Assembly: GCA_903915565.1 (NCBI GenBank)
Contig: CAIWTG010000221.1
Location: 1 to 45,300, forward strand
Length of the DNA stretch: 45,300 bases
Source: an uncultured Chloroflexota bacterium
GTDB taxonomy: Bacteria > Chloroflexota > Dehalococcoidia > Dehalococcoidales > RBG-16-60-22
Direction of reading: 5' to 3'
Below the pieces are notes generated by a model. It was given only the letters and a program-made list of their open reading frames with translations, was not told the DNA's origin and did no database searches. The first letter of the stretch is position 1; each line of letters starts with the position of its first letter. The translations under genes and the position numbers were made by a program. This document shows positions 33,801 through 42,280 of this stretch, one piece after another.

Positions 33801-34484
33801 ATGAGCAAAGAATATGAAATCAACCAAATGGCCAAAGAAGACTCGTGGCGGATGTTCCGTATCATGGGAGAATTTGTCGAAGGCTTTGACGGCCTGGCCG
33901 ATCTCGTCCCGGCGGTAACAATTTACGGCTCCGCCCGCACCAAACCCGACGATGCGCTTTATAAGCAGACCGAAGAAATAGCCTACTTACTGGGTAAAGA
34001 CGGCTTTAATATTATGACCGGCGGCGGCCCTGGTGTGATGGAAGCCGCCAACATGGGGGCGCACCGCGCCGGAGTGATATCCGCTGGCCTCAACATCAAG
34101 CTGCCGGAAGAACAGAAATGCAATATCTACGCTGAAAGGACCATCACCTTCCATTACTTCTTTGTCCGCAAGGTGATGCTGGTAAAATACGCTACCGCCT
34201 TCGTTATCATGCCGGGCGGGCTGGGCACCATGGACGAGCTGACCGAGGTGCTCAACCTTATCCAGACGCAAAAGATGAAGCCCTTCCCGGTACTATTGTT
34301 TTCCACACCGTTCTGGGCGCCTTTACTGGATTGGCTGAAAAACGTGGTGCTGCCACAGGGCTACATTTCTACGGAGGACTTAGACCTTCTAAGGGTATTC
34401 GATGAGCCTAAAGAGCTGGCCGACGCGGTGAAAACCTGGTACACCAAACAGAAATTCTCCGGCCGGAAGGCTCTGGAATATTAG
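33801..34484 (+). CDS. LOG-family (TIGR00730-type) nucleotide 5'-monophosphate nucleosidase
   Basis: 227 aa. GGGPGVMEA and MPGGLGTMDELTE (PGGxGTxxE) motifs. Confidence 0.85.
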   Translation: MSKEYEINQMAKEDSWRMFRIMGEFVEGFDGLADLVPAVTIYGSARTKPDDALYKQTEEIAYLLGKDGFNIMTGGGPGVMEAANMGAHRAGVISAGLNIKLPEEQKCNIYAERTITFHYFFVRKVMLVKYATAFVIMPGGLGTMDELTEVLNLIQTQKMKPFPVLLFSTPFWAPLLDWLKNVVLPQGYISTEDLDLLRVFDEPKELADAVKTWYTKQKFSGRKALEY

Positions 34485-34503
34485 TTATAACGACAGCCAC
34501 GCC

Positions 34504-36258
34504 CTAATCTTTTGGCGAGTCCTTTTTCCACGCCTCGGCTTTGGCGATGAGCTCCCGTGCCGCCTGCAAAGCGCTCTCCGTATAGCTGGCACCGCCAATC
34601 ATCATTGCCAGCTCTTTTTCCCGCCCCTCACCCTTTAAAGGCTCGATGGTACTGACGGTTCTATCGCGCGCCGTCTGCTTGGTGACGCGGTACTGGGCGT
34701 CGGCGAAGGCGGCAATCTGCGGCAAATGCGTCACGCAAATCACCTGGTGGTTTTGCGCGAGCTTCCAGAGCTTGCGGCCAATGACCTCGCCGCTGCGCCC
34801 GCCGATGCCGATGTCTATTTCGTCGAAAATTAAAACCGGAATCGTGTCCGCTTCTGCCAGCGCGCTTTTCAGCGCAAGCATGAACCGCGATATCTCGCCG
34901 GTAGAGGCAATCTTGTCCAAAGCTTTAGCCGGCTCGCCGGGATTGGTGGACGCCAGAAAAGCGACGTCGTCCACGCCGTTGCTGTTGAATTTATAAGTCT
35001 TGCCATCGGGGAGGGGAATCCCTTCCGCCGATTCTTCCTGCGCTATAGAGACGATAAAGTCCACCCGCCCCATACTCAACTCGGCGAGCTCTTTTTTCAC
35101 CGCCGCAGCAATTTTCTGCGCCGCTTTGGTCCTATCCTGCGTCAGTTTGGCGGCTAAAGTCCCCATTTCTTTTTTAAGCGCCTCGCGTTCTTTTTGCAAC
35201 TCTTCCCGCCGCTCACCGGATGATGTTAGTCCCGTCAGCTCTTTTTCCGATTTAGCGAGGTAATCCAGCACCTCATTAATTGATGCGCCGTATTTACGTT
35301 TTAAGGTTTTTATCAATTCAAGCCTACCCTGAACCTCTTCCAGTCTGGCCGAGTCGAAGTTAAGGTTATCGCCATAGGCGTGTATTTCCCGCGCCAGCTC
35401 TTCTAGTCCGTTAACGATTTCCTCAAGGTTCGCCAACTTGGGTTTTAGCGAGGCATCGGTCTCGGCCAGCTGTTTCATCAACGGCAGGGTTTCATTTACT
35501 TTATCCAGCGCCGAATCGGCCGTCATAGTGTTTTCTTCTCCGTAGAGGATGCCGTAGATTTCAAATGACGCCGCCTTTAATTTTTCCGCGGACGTTAATA
35601 GGACCGATTCTTTTTGCAGAGATTCTTCCTCGCCGTCTTGCAGTTCGGCTTTTTTAATTTCATCTACCTGGAAGTTGAGCAACTCGATGTGCCGCGCCAG
35701 TTCGCGCTCATCGCGGGAGAGCAAGTCGATTTCCTTTTCCATCTGGTGCAGCTCCTGGACTTTTGCCCCAAAGGTCTGCCGCTTTTCCAACGTATGCGCA
35801 TAGGCGTCCAGGTAATCCAGGTGGTGGCTTTTGTTGAGGAGGGAAAGGTGCTCGCTTTGTCCGTGAATGTCTACCAATGCCATGCCGATGACTTTCAGCA
35901 GTGCTTTAGATACCGCCTGCCGGTTCACCCGCGGCGTAGTGCGGCCCTGACGCTTAATCTCACACGCCAATAAAATCGTGCCGTCGCCGGAATCAAGTCC
36001 TTTTGCTTCCAGCAATTCCTTCAGCGCCTGATAATCCTCCCCGTCGGCCTGATGAAAAACGCCTTCCACCCGCGCTTCATCGGCGCCGTGGCGGATATCT
36101 TCCTCTTTAGCCTGGCCGGAGAGCAATGCTTCGACGGCGTCAACCACCAGCGACTTGCCGGCGCCGGTCTCTCCGGTGATAACGTTCATCCCCGCCGAAG
36201 GCTTCCAGTTGACCTCTTCTATAATGCCGAAGTTTTTTACCGATAATTCGTCGAGCAT
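34504..36258 (-). CDS. recN: DNA repair protein RecN (SMC-like ATPase)
   Basis: 584 aa. N-terminal Walker A ITGETGAGKS, long coiled-coil, C-terminal signature/Walker B LIFDEIDIGIGG. Confidence 0.9.
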   Translation of the reverse strand: MLDELSVKNFGIIEEVNWKPSAGMNVITGETGAGKSLVVDAVEALLSGQAKEEDIRHGADEARVEGVFHQADGEDYQALKELLEAKGLDSGDGTILLACEIKRQGRTTPRVNRQAVSKALLKVIGMALVDIHGQSEHLSLLNKSHHLDYLDAYAHTLEKRQTFGAKVQELHQMEKEIDLLSRDERELARHIELLNFQVDEIKKAELQDGEEESLQKESVLLTSAEKLKAASFEIYGILYGEENTMTADSALDKVNETLPLMKQLAETDASLKPKLANLEEIVNGLEELAREIHAYGDNLNFDSARLEEVQGRLELIKTLKRKYGASINEVLDYLAKSEKELTGLTSSGERREELQKEREALKKEMGTLAAKLTQDRTKAAQKIAAAVKKELAELSMGRVDFIVSIAQEESAEGIPLPDGKTYKFNSNGVDDVAFLASTNPGEPAKALDKIASTGEISRFMLALKSALAEADTIPVLIFDEIDIGIGGRSGEVIGRKLWKLAQNHQVICVTHLPQIAAFADAQYRVTKQTARDRTVSTIEPLKGEGREKELAMMIGGASYTESALQAARELIAKAEAWKKDSPKD

Positions 36259-36261
36259 ACC

Positions 36262-37152
36262 TTAAGACTTTCCCTTTTTAGTATCGCCGTTATCCGGCGC
36301 AAATTCAAGGTTGAGCGGCAGCTGTTCATAGGGCAGCTTTAACGCCTTTTTCAAATCGTTGGCGTTGCGCGGCGCGTAAGCCTGCCAGTGGTTGTTGAAG
36401 AAAGCGAAGAGTAATTTGGTTTTTTCGGCGGCGGCTTTAACGCGTTCCGCCAGCTCACCGATTTCCCCCTCCGGGTAGAGGTATTTATAGCGCGTTTCCG
36501 CATCGCCGGTCCACCAGTCTTTAGCGTTACGGCCGTGAAAGCGGAAATAGGCGATATCCGAGGTTATCGGAGTTTCTACAGCGATAGAGGTGCTGAACTT
36601 GGGTTCGTCAATCTGCACCCACGCCATGTGGTTTTCTCTTAAAAACTCGGCGGTGTTTTTATCGTCGCTCCAGGAGCGCTGCCTTAACTCCACCGCCAGT
36701 TTATACTCCCTAAACGCTTTAGCGATAGCTCCCAGCCTTTGCTGCTCGTAAGCCTCGTTTTTAAAGCTGGGCGGGAACTGTACCAGCAGCGCGCCAAGTT
36801 TGCCGGCTTTAGCTAAAGGCTCCAGACTTTTTTTAAACAGGTCGACGTCGCTCTGGGCAATGACGGCTTCCTCGCCGGTGGCTTCCTGGTACATTTTGGG
36901 ATGGGTGAACTTCTGCCATAGCTTAACCGCGAAGAGGAAATTTTTGGGCGTCTTTTTCACCCAGTTATAGACAAAACCGGGGTTGGGGGGACGGTAAAAA
37001 GAGGAGTTAAGCTCGACGGTGTTGAAGAACTGGCTGTAAAATTCCAGCTCGTTAATCTTGCCGGGGGGATAGAAAAAGCCATTCCAAGTCCCCTCCCCTT
37101 TGGGGTAAGACCAGCCGGACGTGCCGATGTAAATTGATGCCTCGGAAGCCAT
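36262..37152 (-). CDS. DUF72 (YecE/UPF0759) family protein
   Basis: 296 aa. The characteristic N-terminus is IYIGTSGWSYPKGEGTWNGFFYP, and NSSFY follows. Confidence 0.85.
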   Translation of the reverse strand: MASEASIYIGTSGWSYPKGEGTWNGFFYPPGKINELEFYSQFFNTVELNSSFYRPPNPGFVYNWVKKTPKNFLFAVKLWQKFTHPKMYQEATGEEAVIAQSDVDLFKKSLEPLAKAGKLGALLVQFPPSFKNEAYEQQRLGAIAKAFREYKLAVELRQRSWSDDKNTAEFLRENHMAWVQIDEPKFSTSIAVETPITSDIAYFRFHGRNAKDWWTGDAETRYKYLYPEGEIGELAERVKAAAEKTKLLFAFFNNHWQAYAPRNANDLKKALKLPYEQLPLNLEFAPDNGDTKKGKS

Positions 37153-37224
37153 AAAGTTTTCCCTTGAGGTAATTATAAGGTAAGAGGGAAGAAGATGAAA
37201 GGGAGAGCAAGAGGAAAAGGTCGG

Positions 37225-37258
37225 GTAAACAAAAGAGGGGGCTTTTTACACCCCCTCT
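37225..37258 (-). terminator. Rho-independent terminator after the oxidoreductase beta subunit
   Basis: AGAGGGGG (37234-37241) / CCCCCTCT (37251-37258). On the minus strand the hairpin is followed by TTTTGTTT. Confidence 0.6.
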
Positions 37259-37288
37259 TTGAACTAACACTTAGGCGTTAAACTATCC

Positions 37289-38224
37289 TTAGGTTTGTTT
37301 CGCCGCAGCATCAACCAATGTTTTCAAAAGTGCGTATCGCTCATCAATCTCTCTTTGTAACTCGGCCAGCCCGTCCTCTTTTAGGTGCGAGAATTTACGC
37401 ATCAGTTTGGTAAATTCCGTAATCGGCTTGGGAGCGGCAACCTCCACCGTTAGTCGCGGTTTGCCGTTTTCCGCCTCCCACAGCGGGAACCAGTTGGTGC
37501 GGGTAGCGGTGCGGCAAACTTCAATCACGGAGTTGGAATCAATGCGCCAGCCAACCGGACACGGCGAGAACACGTGCAGATAGACAAATCCTTCTTTACA
37601 TAGTTCTTTGGCTTTCTGGAGCTTTTTAGCGAAGTCCTCCATATAAGCCGGGTTAGCGGTAGCCATATAACGCGGTTTATGCATCAGCATAATCATCGTC
37701 ATGTTTTTCTGGGCGGTTGGTTTGCCCTTGCCTACCTTACCCACCGGTGTCGTGGTGGTGGCGGCGCCCTTTTGCGTCGAACTGGAGCGCTGGTTGCCGG
37801 TGTTCATGTAGCCTTCGTTATCGTAAGCCAGGTAGATAAAGCGCTCGTTTCTTTCCGCCGCGCCGCTCAACGTCTGGAAGCCGATATCCGTGGCGCAACC
37901 GTCGCCGGTGAAAGCGACGACTGTAGCTTCCTGGTTGGTTCGGTGGAAATAGCGCGATAGACCCGTAGCGCTGGAGGCTACGCCCGTCATTACACAGGCG
38001 AGATACGAACACTTATGCCACGCGCCGATGTTCTGTCCGTGTAAAACCGGCGCTGAACAGGACGGCGTGCCCACGAATACTACTTTATTGCCCATTACTT
38101 TGGGCACCGTGCGGGCGATTAATTCCAGCGGACAGCCGGCGCACCAGGCTACGCCGCCGGAAAACTGATCTTCGGTGGTGAAATAATCAAAAATCTTGTT
38201 TCTTTTCTTTGTTGCTTCTACCAT
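37289..38224 (-). CDS. 2-oxoacid:ferredoxin oxidoreductase, beta (TPP-binding) subunit
   Basis: 311 aa. Cys-rich N-terminal region (WCAGCPL) and the TPP-binding GDG motif (FTGDGCATDIG). Substrate cannot be deduced (POR/VOR type). Confidence 0.85.
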   Translation of the reverse strand: MVEATKKRNKIFDYFTTEDQFSGGVAWCAGCPLELIARTVPKVMGNKVVFVGTPSCSAPVLHGQNIGAWHKCSYLACVMTGVASSATGLSRYFHRTNQEATVVAFTGDGCATDIGFQTLSGAAERNERFIYLAYDNEGYMNTGNQRSSSTQKGAATTTTPVGKVGKGKPTAQKNMTMIMLMHKPRYMATANPAYMEDFAKKLQKAKELCKEGFVYLHVFSPCPVGWRIDSNSVIEVCRTATRTNWFPLWEAENGKPRLTVEVAAPKPITEFTKLMRKFSHLKEDGLAELQREIDERYALLKTLVDAAAKQT

Positions 38225-38237
38225 TTTCTTTACCTCA

Positions 38238-39431
38238 TTACTCCATCGGAATCCAGGTCACGGCCTGGTAAGCATTGCCTTTGGCGGCAGCGTTAACTTC
38301 ATCGACCACTCTGCCGATATGCGGAATCGTTATATCCAGGTTCGCTAACCCGTCAATGTAGCTCAAGATTGGCACGTTGCCAATGGACGGCGCGATGGCT
38401 TTAAGCTCGGTGCACATGGGTCCGTACTTCCAACCGAAGCCAACACTGCGGTCAATGACGCCCACGGCTTTTTTACCTTTGAGCGCAGCGATTAATCTTT
38501 CTTCGGGGAAGGGACGGAATAGTCTTTGCTTAACCAGCCCCACCTTAATCCCCTCTTCCCGCTTGGTATCAACGACGGTTTTGGCCGTTCCGGCCGCGCT
38601 GCCGGATGCCAAGATGGCGATTTCGGCGTCATTCATGCGGTATTCTTCAATCTGGCCGCCGTAACTCCTCCCGAAGTAGTCGGCGAATTGCTGGTCAATT
38701 TCGTCAACCTTCTTCTTGGCTCTGTCCATCGCCGCCCAGTGCTTGTAGCGCGCTTCCACATAGCCCATCTCCATCCCGTGCGTGCCGCAGCCGGTGGCCG
38801 CGCCGGGAATAATGCGAGGCCGCTGGGGCTGATTCTTTAAGGGCGCGAGGAAAGCATCAACATCGCTTTGCTCCGGAATCTCCACCTCTTCATTGAGGTA
38901 GGAAAGATAATAGCCGTCGTAGTTGAGCATGACGGGGAGTTGAATATCGTAATCCTCCGCCAGCCGGTAGCACATGATTAGCTGGTCGGCGATTTCCTGG
39001 TTATTTTCTACGATTATCTGGACCCAGCCGGCGTCGCGGGTGGCTATCATATCCTGCTGCCCGGATGATACCGCATGGATGCCGGGGGTCTCGCGGTTGA
39101 CGTTAATCATCACGACCGGCGCGCGATAGCCCGATGCTTGCATGATAGCGTCATACATATAAACCAATCCGTAGGATGAAGTCGCCGTGAATGTCCTTGC
39201 CCCGGCCACACTGGCCGCCAGGCAGACGTTCATCGCCGAGTTTTCGCCTTCTACTTCCACAATTTCCGCATCCAGCGATCCATCGGCTACAAAGCCGGAC
39301 ATGGTTTCTGCTACTTCGCTCTGGGGGGTGATGGGGTAGCACGCCACAACTTCAGGACGGCACAGCCTTGCCACGTTGGCGGCGACGACGTTGCCCATCA
39401 TAACGCTAATTTTTCCTTTTTTAGCCTTCAT
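38238..39431 (-). CDS. 2-oxoacid:ferredoxin oxidoreductase, alpha subunit
   Basis: 397 aa. Typical N-terminus GNVVAANVARLCRPEVVACYPITPQSE. Confidence 0.85.
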   Translation of the reverse strand: MKAKKGKISVMMGNVVAANVARLCRPEVVACYPITPQSEVAETMSGFVADGSLDAEIVEVEGENSAMNVCLAASVAGARTFTATSSYGLVYMYDAIMQASGYRAPVVMINVNRETPGIHAVSSGQQDMIATRDAGWVQIIVENNQEIADQLIMCYRLAEDYDIQLPVMLNYDGYYLSYLNEEVEIPEQSDVDAFLAPLKNQPQRPRIIPGAATGCGTHGMEMGYVEARYKHWAAMDRAKKKVDEIDQQFADYFGRSYGGQIEEYRMNDAEIAILASGSAAGTAKTVVDTKREEGIKVGLVKQRLFRPFPEERLIAALKGKKAVGVIDRSVGFGWKYGPMCTELKAIAPSIGNVPILSYIDGLANLDITIPHIGRVVDEVNAAAKGNAYQAVTWIPME

Positions 39432-39717
39432 TGGTAAATTCTCCTTCCGGCTTCATGGTTAAAGCCTTCTTCGGGCACTCATGGGCACAGATGCCGCAGC
39501 CCTTGCAGAAGGCCAGGTCAACCTCGTAATGGTCGCCCTTGTCTCTCATGCACTGCGGCGGACAGTATAAAGAGCAGAGCCCGCAGTAATTGCATAAAGA
39601 CTTATCAAGTACCGGGCGTTCGGTGCGCCAGCCGCCGGTGTCCAGCACCAGCATTTTCTGGTTGGCGTCCGACCAAGGGCTCTCCGTTTTAAAAATCCAT
39701 TGATGTTTGATTACCAT
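39421..39717 (-). CDS. 2-oxoacid:ferredoxin oxidoreductase, delta (2x[4Fe-4S] ferredoxin) subunit
   Basis: 98 aa. CNYCGLCSLYCP and CKGCGICAHECP. It overlaps both neighbouring genes. Confidence 0.85.
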   Translation of the reverse strand: MVIKHQWIFKTESPWSDANQKMLVLDTGGWRTERPVLDKSLCNYCGLCSLYCPPQCMRDKGDHYEVDLAFCKGCGICAHECPKKALTMKPEGEFTNEG

Positions 39718-40262
39718 TTGATTACCTCTACTTCCTTGTAGCCACGTTCTGCGCTCTTGATGTTCTTCTGCAGAATGTCGGCGCCGCTAAGGTATTCCGG
39801 CAAGCTCTTGAGCACCGCATCCAGCGACAGCCAGCCGGTAGCCGCGGCAAATGCCCCGAGCAGACAGGTGTTGGGGATATCCCGCCCGATTTCCTGCACC
39901 GCGATGCCGGTGGCATTGACCAGGCCGCAGGTCTTCAGCGCCGGATTAGGCTGTATGTATTCTTTCTTAGCGGTGTTCAGGATGAAAATGCTGTTTGGCT
40001 TCAACCCCGTAAATAGTGTCGGCAGGGTGAGTAGCCCGGGGTCAATGACGATGATGCAGTCTGGGTTGTAAACCTGTGTCTTTTCCCGTATCGGCTTATC
40101 GTCAAAACGGGTAAAAGCTACGACCGGCGCGCCGCGTCTTTCAAACCCATACATGGGAAAACTGGCTACATGTTTACCTTCGACCAGTAAGGCGCTGGCG
40201 AGCATTTTGGCCGCCATAACCGCCCCCTGGCCGCCGCGTCCGTGGAACCTAATCTCTTTCAC
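39711..40262 (-). CDS. 2-oxoacid:ferredoxin oxidoreductase, gamma subunit
   Basis: 183 aa. IRFHGRGGQGAVMAAKMLA, typical of POR gamma. Confidence 0.85.
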   Translation of the reverse strand: MKEIRFHGRGGQGAVMAAKMLASALLVEGKHVASFPMYGFERRGAPVVAFTRFDDKPIREKTQVYNPDCIIVIDPGLLTLPTLFTGLKPNSIFILNTAKKEYIQPNPALKTCGLVNATGIAVQEIGRDIPNTCLLGAFAAATGWLSLDAVLKSLPEYLSGADILQKNIKSAERGYKEVEVIKW

Positions 40263-40303
40263 AGTTACATATTCCCCTCTTTATTATTATTCAGCGAAGT
40301 TGT

Positions 40304-40822
40304 CTACCGGTTCCGCTGTGAAACCTCTTTTTCCTGACGTTTGCCGTTGGCAGAAGTTTTCGCCACCCTGGGCAAAAGATTTTCCCGGAGGGTGCGCATC
40401 GTTTCCACCAGTTCTTCGACGTTTTGTTTTTCGAGGCAGGATAACGCCTCGCGGCTTAACTCCTGGACGACAGGGCTAAGGCGATTGGCTTCGTTCCAGC
40501 CTTTTTCGGTTATGACCACCTTCACCGACCGCCGGTCGTTAGTGGAGGGCTCGCGGCGCACTACCCCTTGTTCTTCCATGGTATTGATGCAGGCCGTTAT
40601 CGTGTTCTTTTCGCGAAATACCGCCTCGGCTATTTCCGAAGGCGTCATCTCGCCGCCGTTCTTAAACAGGGCGCTCATGATGTTGAAGCGAATCAGGCTT
40701 ACCTGGTTTCGTTTCAGCTCTAGTTCCAGGTACCGCGCCAGCACCTCGAACGACATGAGCATGGAAAGCAACGTCCCCAGCGGCGTTTTATCAGTCCTTT
40801 TATTTACTTCATTTACAGTCAT
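40304..40822 (-). CDS. MarR-family transcriptional regulator
   Basis: 172 aa. Winged-HTH pattern ...MTPSEIAEAVFREKNTITACINTMEEQGVVRREPSTNDRRSVKVVITEKG. Confidence 0.85.
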   Translation of the reverse strand: MTVNEVNKRTDKTPLGTLLSMLMSFEVLARYLELELKRNQVSLIRFNIMSALFKNGGEMTPSEIAEAVFREKNTITACINTMEEQGVVRREPSTNDRRSVKVVITEKGWNEANRLSPVVQELSREALSCLEKQNVEELVETMRTLRENLLPRVAKTSANGKRQEKEVSQRNR

Positions 40823-40862
40823 AGTCTAATCCCAAAAAGAATCCGGGGAGTGGTTCAGAAAT

Positions 40863-40876
40863 GTTCTATCTAGAAC
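40863..40876. promoter_or_regulatory. Candidate MarR operator 1
   Basis: Perfect inverted repeat GTTCTA-TC-TAGAAC in the AT-rich divergent intergenic region. Confidence 0.4.
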
Positions 40877-40968
40877 TATATTATAACGCTTCAGAATCGT
40901 TGTCAATAAGTGCTTACACTCAAAAACCCTCAAAAGTACGATGATTACATATATGTTAAGGTATATAT

Positions 40969-40986
40969 TTGTTCCATATAGAACAA
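40969..40986. promoter_or_regulatory. Candidate MarR operator 2
   Basis: Perfect inverted repeat TTGTTC-CATATA-GAACAA. It shares the GTTC/GAAC core with operator 1. Confidence 0.4.
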
Positions 40987-41067
40987 TTTTAGCTTCAAGA
41001 TTTCGTATATTGCTATTCTCGTCCGGTTTTGAGTATATTAAAGTCAGTAGCAAAACAGGAGTGCGGG

Positions 41068-42279
41068 ATGACCCCACAGGCGCTTTCTAACGTTAAGGTT
41101 ATCGAGTTCAGTGACTTTATCAGCGGGCCCTATTGCGGGAAGCTGCTCTCCAACATGGGGGCGCAGGTCATTAAGGTAGAAAAGCCCGGCCTCGGTGATA
41201 AAGCCCGCAGCTATGGTCCCTTCCCCCAGCACATCCCCCACCCTGAAAAAAGCGGACTCTTCCTGTTTTTAAATACTAATAAGTCCGGCATAACCCTCGA
41301 TGTTGCGTCCGCTGACGGCTTGAAAATTTTCCAAGAGTTGATTAAGTGGGCGGACATTTTGATTGAAGACCATTCCGTCAAAGAAATTGAGCGGCTCGGC
41401 TTAACCTACGCCGCATTGAAAAAGATAAACCCATCCCTGATAATGACCTCCATCACGCCCTTCGGGCAGACTGGGCCTTTTAAAGACTATAAAGGCAACG
41501 ACCTTATCGCCGCCCACGCCGGCACCGAGGGTTTCGGCAACCCCGATGAAGGCGTTAAAGACCCCGCCTCGATGCCGCCCCTCAAAGTGCCCAACCATGC
41601 CGCGGACTTCATGTGCGGCCTGACGGCAGCCGCCTGCACTTTAGGGGCTTTACTGGGACGAAAAAACGGGGGCCAGGGCCAGCATATCGACCTTTCCAAA
41701 CAGGAAGCCGTCGCCTCCATTACCCGCCAGCAGCTCGCCTACTATAGCGTCATGGAGGAGACCCCCTCCCGCGAATGGGGCAGAAAAAAATTCGGCGGGT
41801 TTCTCTATCCCTGCCGGGACGGCTACGTCGTTATCTGGATTGGCCCCCACTACCACCTCGTAGTTAAAATGATGGGCGACCCCGACTGGTCTAAAGAGGA
41901 AATGTTCGCCAACCCCTTAATGCGCAATAACTATATCGTTGAGCTCAACCAGCTCATCACCGCCTGGACGTTAGAGCATACGGCGGTGGAGATTAATAAC
42001 CTCGCTCTGGAATATGGCGTCCCCTGCTCTTTAGTCCGTTCCGTCAAAGACCTGATCGCTGATGAGCAGCTGGCTTACCGTAATTTCTGGCAGGAAATTG
42101 ACCACCCTGTTGCTGGTAAACTTAAATACCCCGGCGCGCCATTCAAACTCTCCACCACCCCGGGCATTATCAATCGCCCCGCGCCGCTTTTAGGTGAGCA
42201 TAACGACATAGTCTATGGCGAAATACTAAAATACAGCCAAGAACAGTTAACTAAGATGAAACAGGCTGGTATTATTTGA
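41068..42279 (+). CDS. Family III CoA-transferase (CaiB/BaiF/Frc-like), copy 1
   Basis: I prefer the ATG at 41068 (MTPQALSNVKVIEF), 7 nt after AGGAG, over the TTG at 41029. Motifs VIEFSDFISGPYCGKLLSNMGAQVIKVE and a GEHND-containing C-terminus. Confidence 0.85.
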   Translation: MTPQALSNVKVIEFSDFISGPYCGKLLSNMGAQVIKVEKPGLGDKARSYGPFPQHIPHPEKSGLFLFLNTNKSGITLDVASADGLKIFQELIKWADILIEDHSVKEIERLGLTYAALKKINPSLIMTSITPFGQTGPFKDYKGNDLIAAHAGTEGFGNPDEGVKDPASMPPLKVPNHAADFMCGLTAAACTLGALLGRKNGGQGQHIDLSKQEAVASITRQQLAYYSVMEETPSREWGRKKFGGFLYPCRDGYVVIWIGPHYHLVVKMMGDPDWSKEEMFANPLMRNNYIVELNQLITAWTLEHTAVEINNLALEYGVPCSLVRSVKDLIADEQLAYRNFWQEIDHPVAGKLKYPGAPFKLSTTPGIINRPAPLLGEHNDIVYGEILKYSQEQLTKMKQAGII

Positions 42280-42280
42280 T

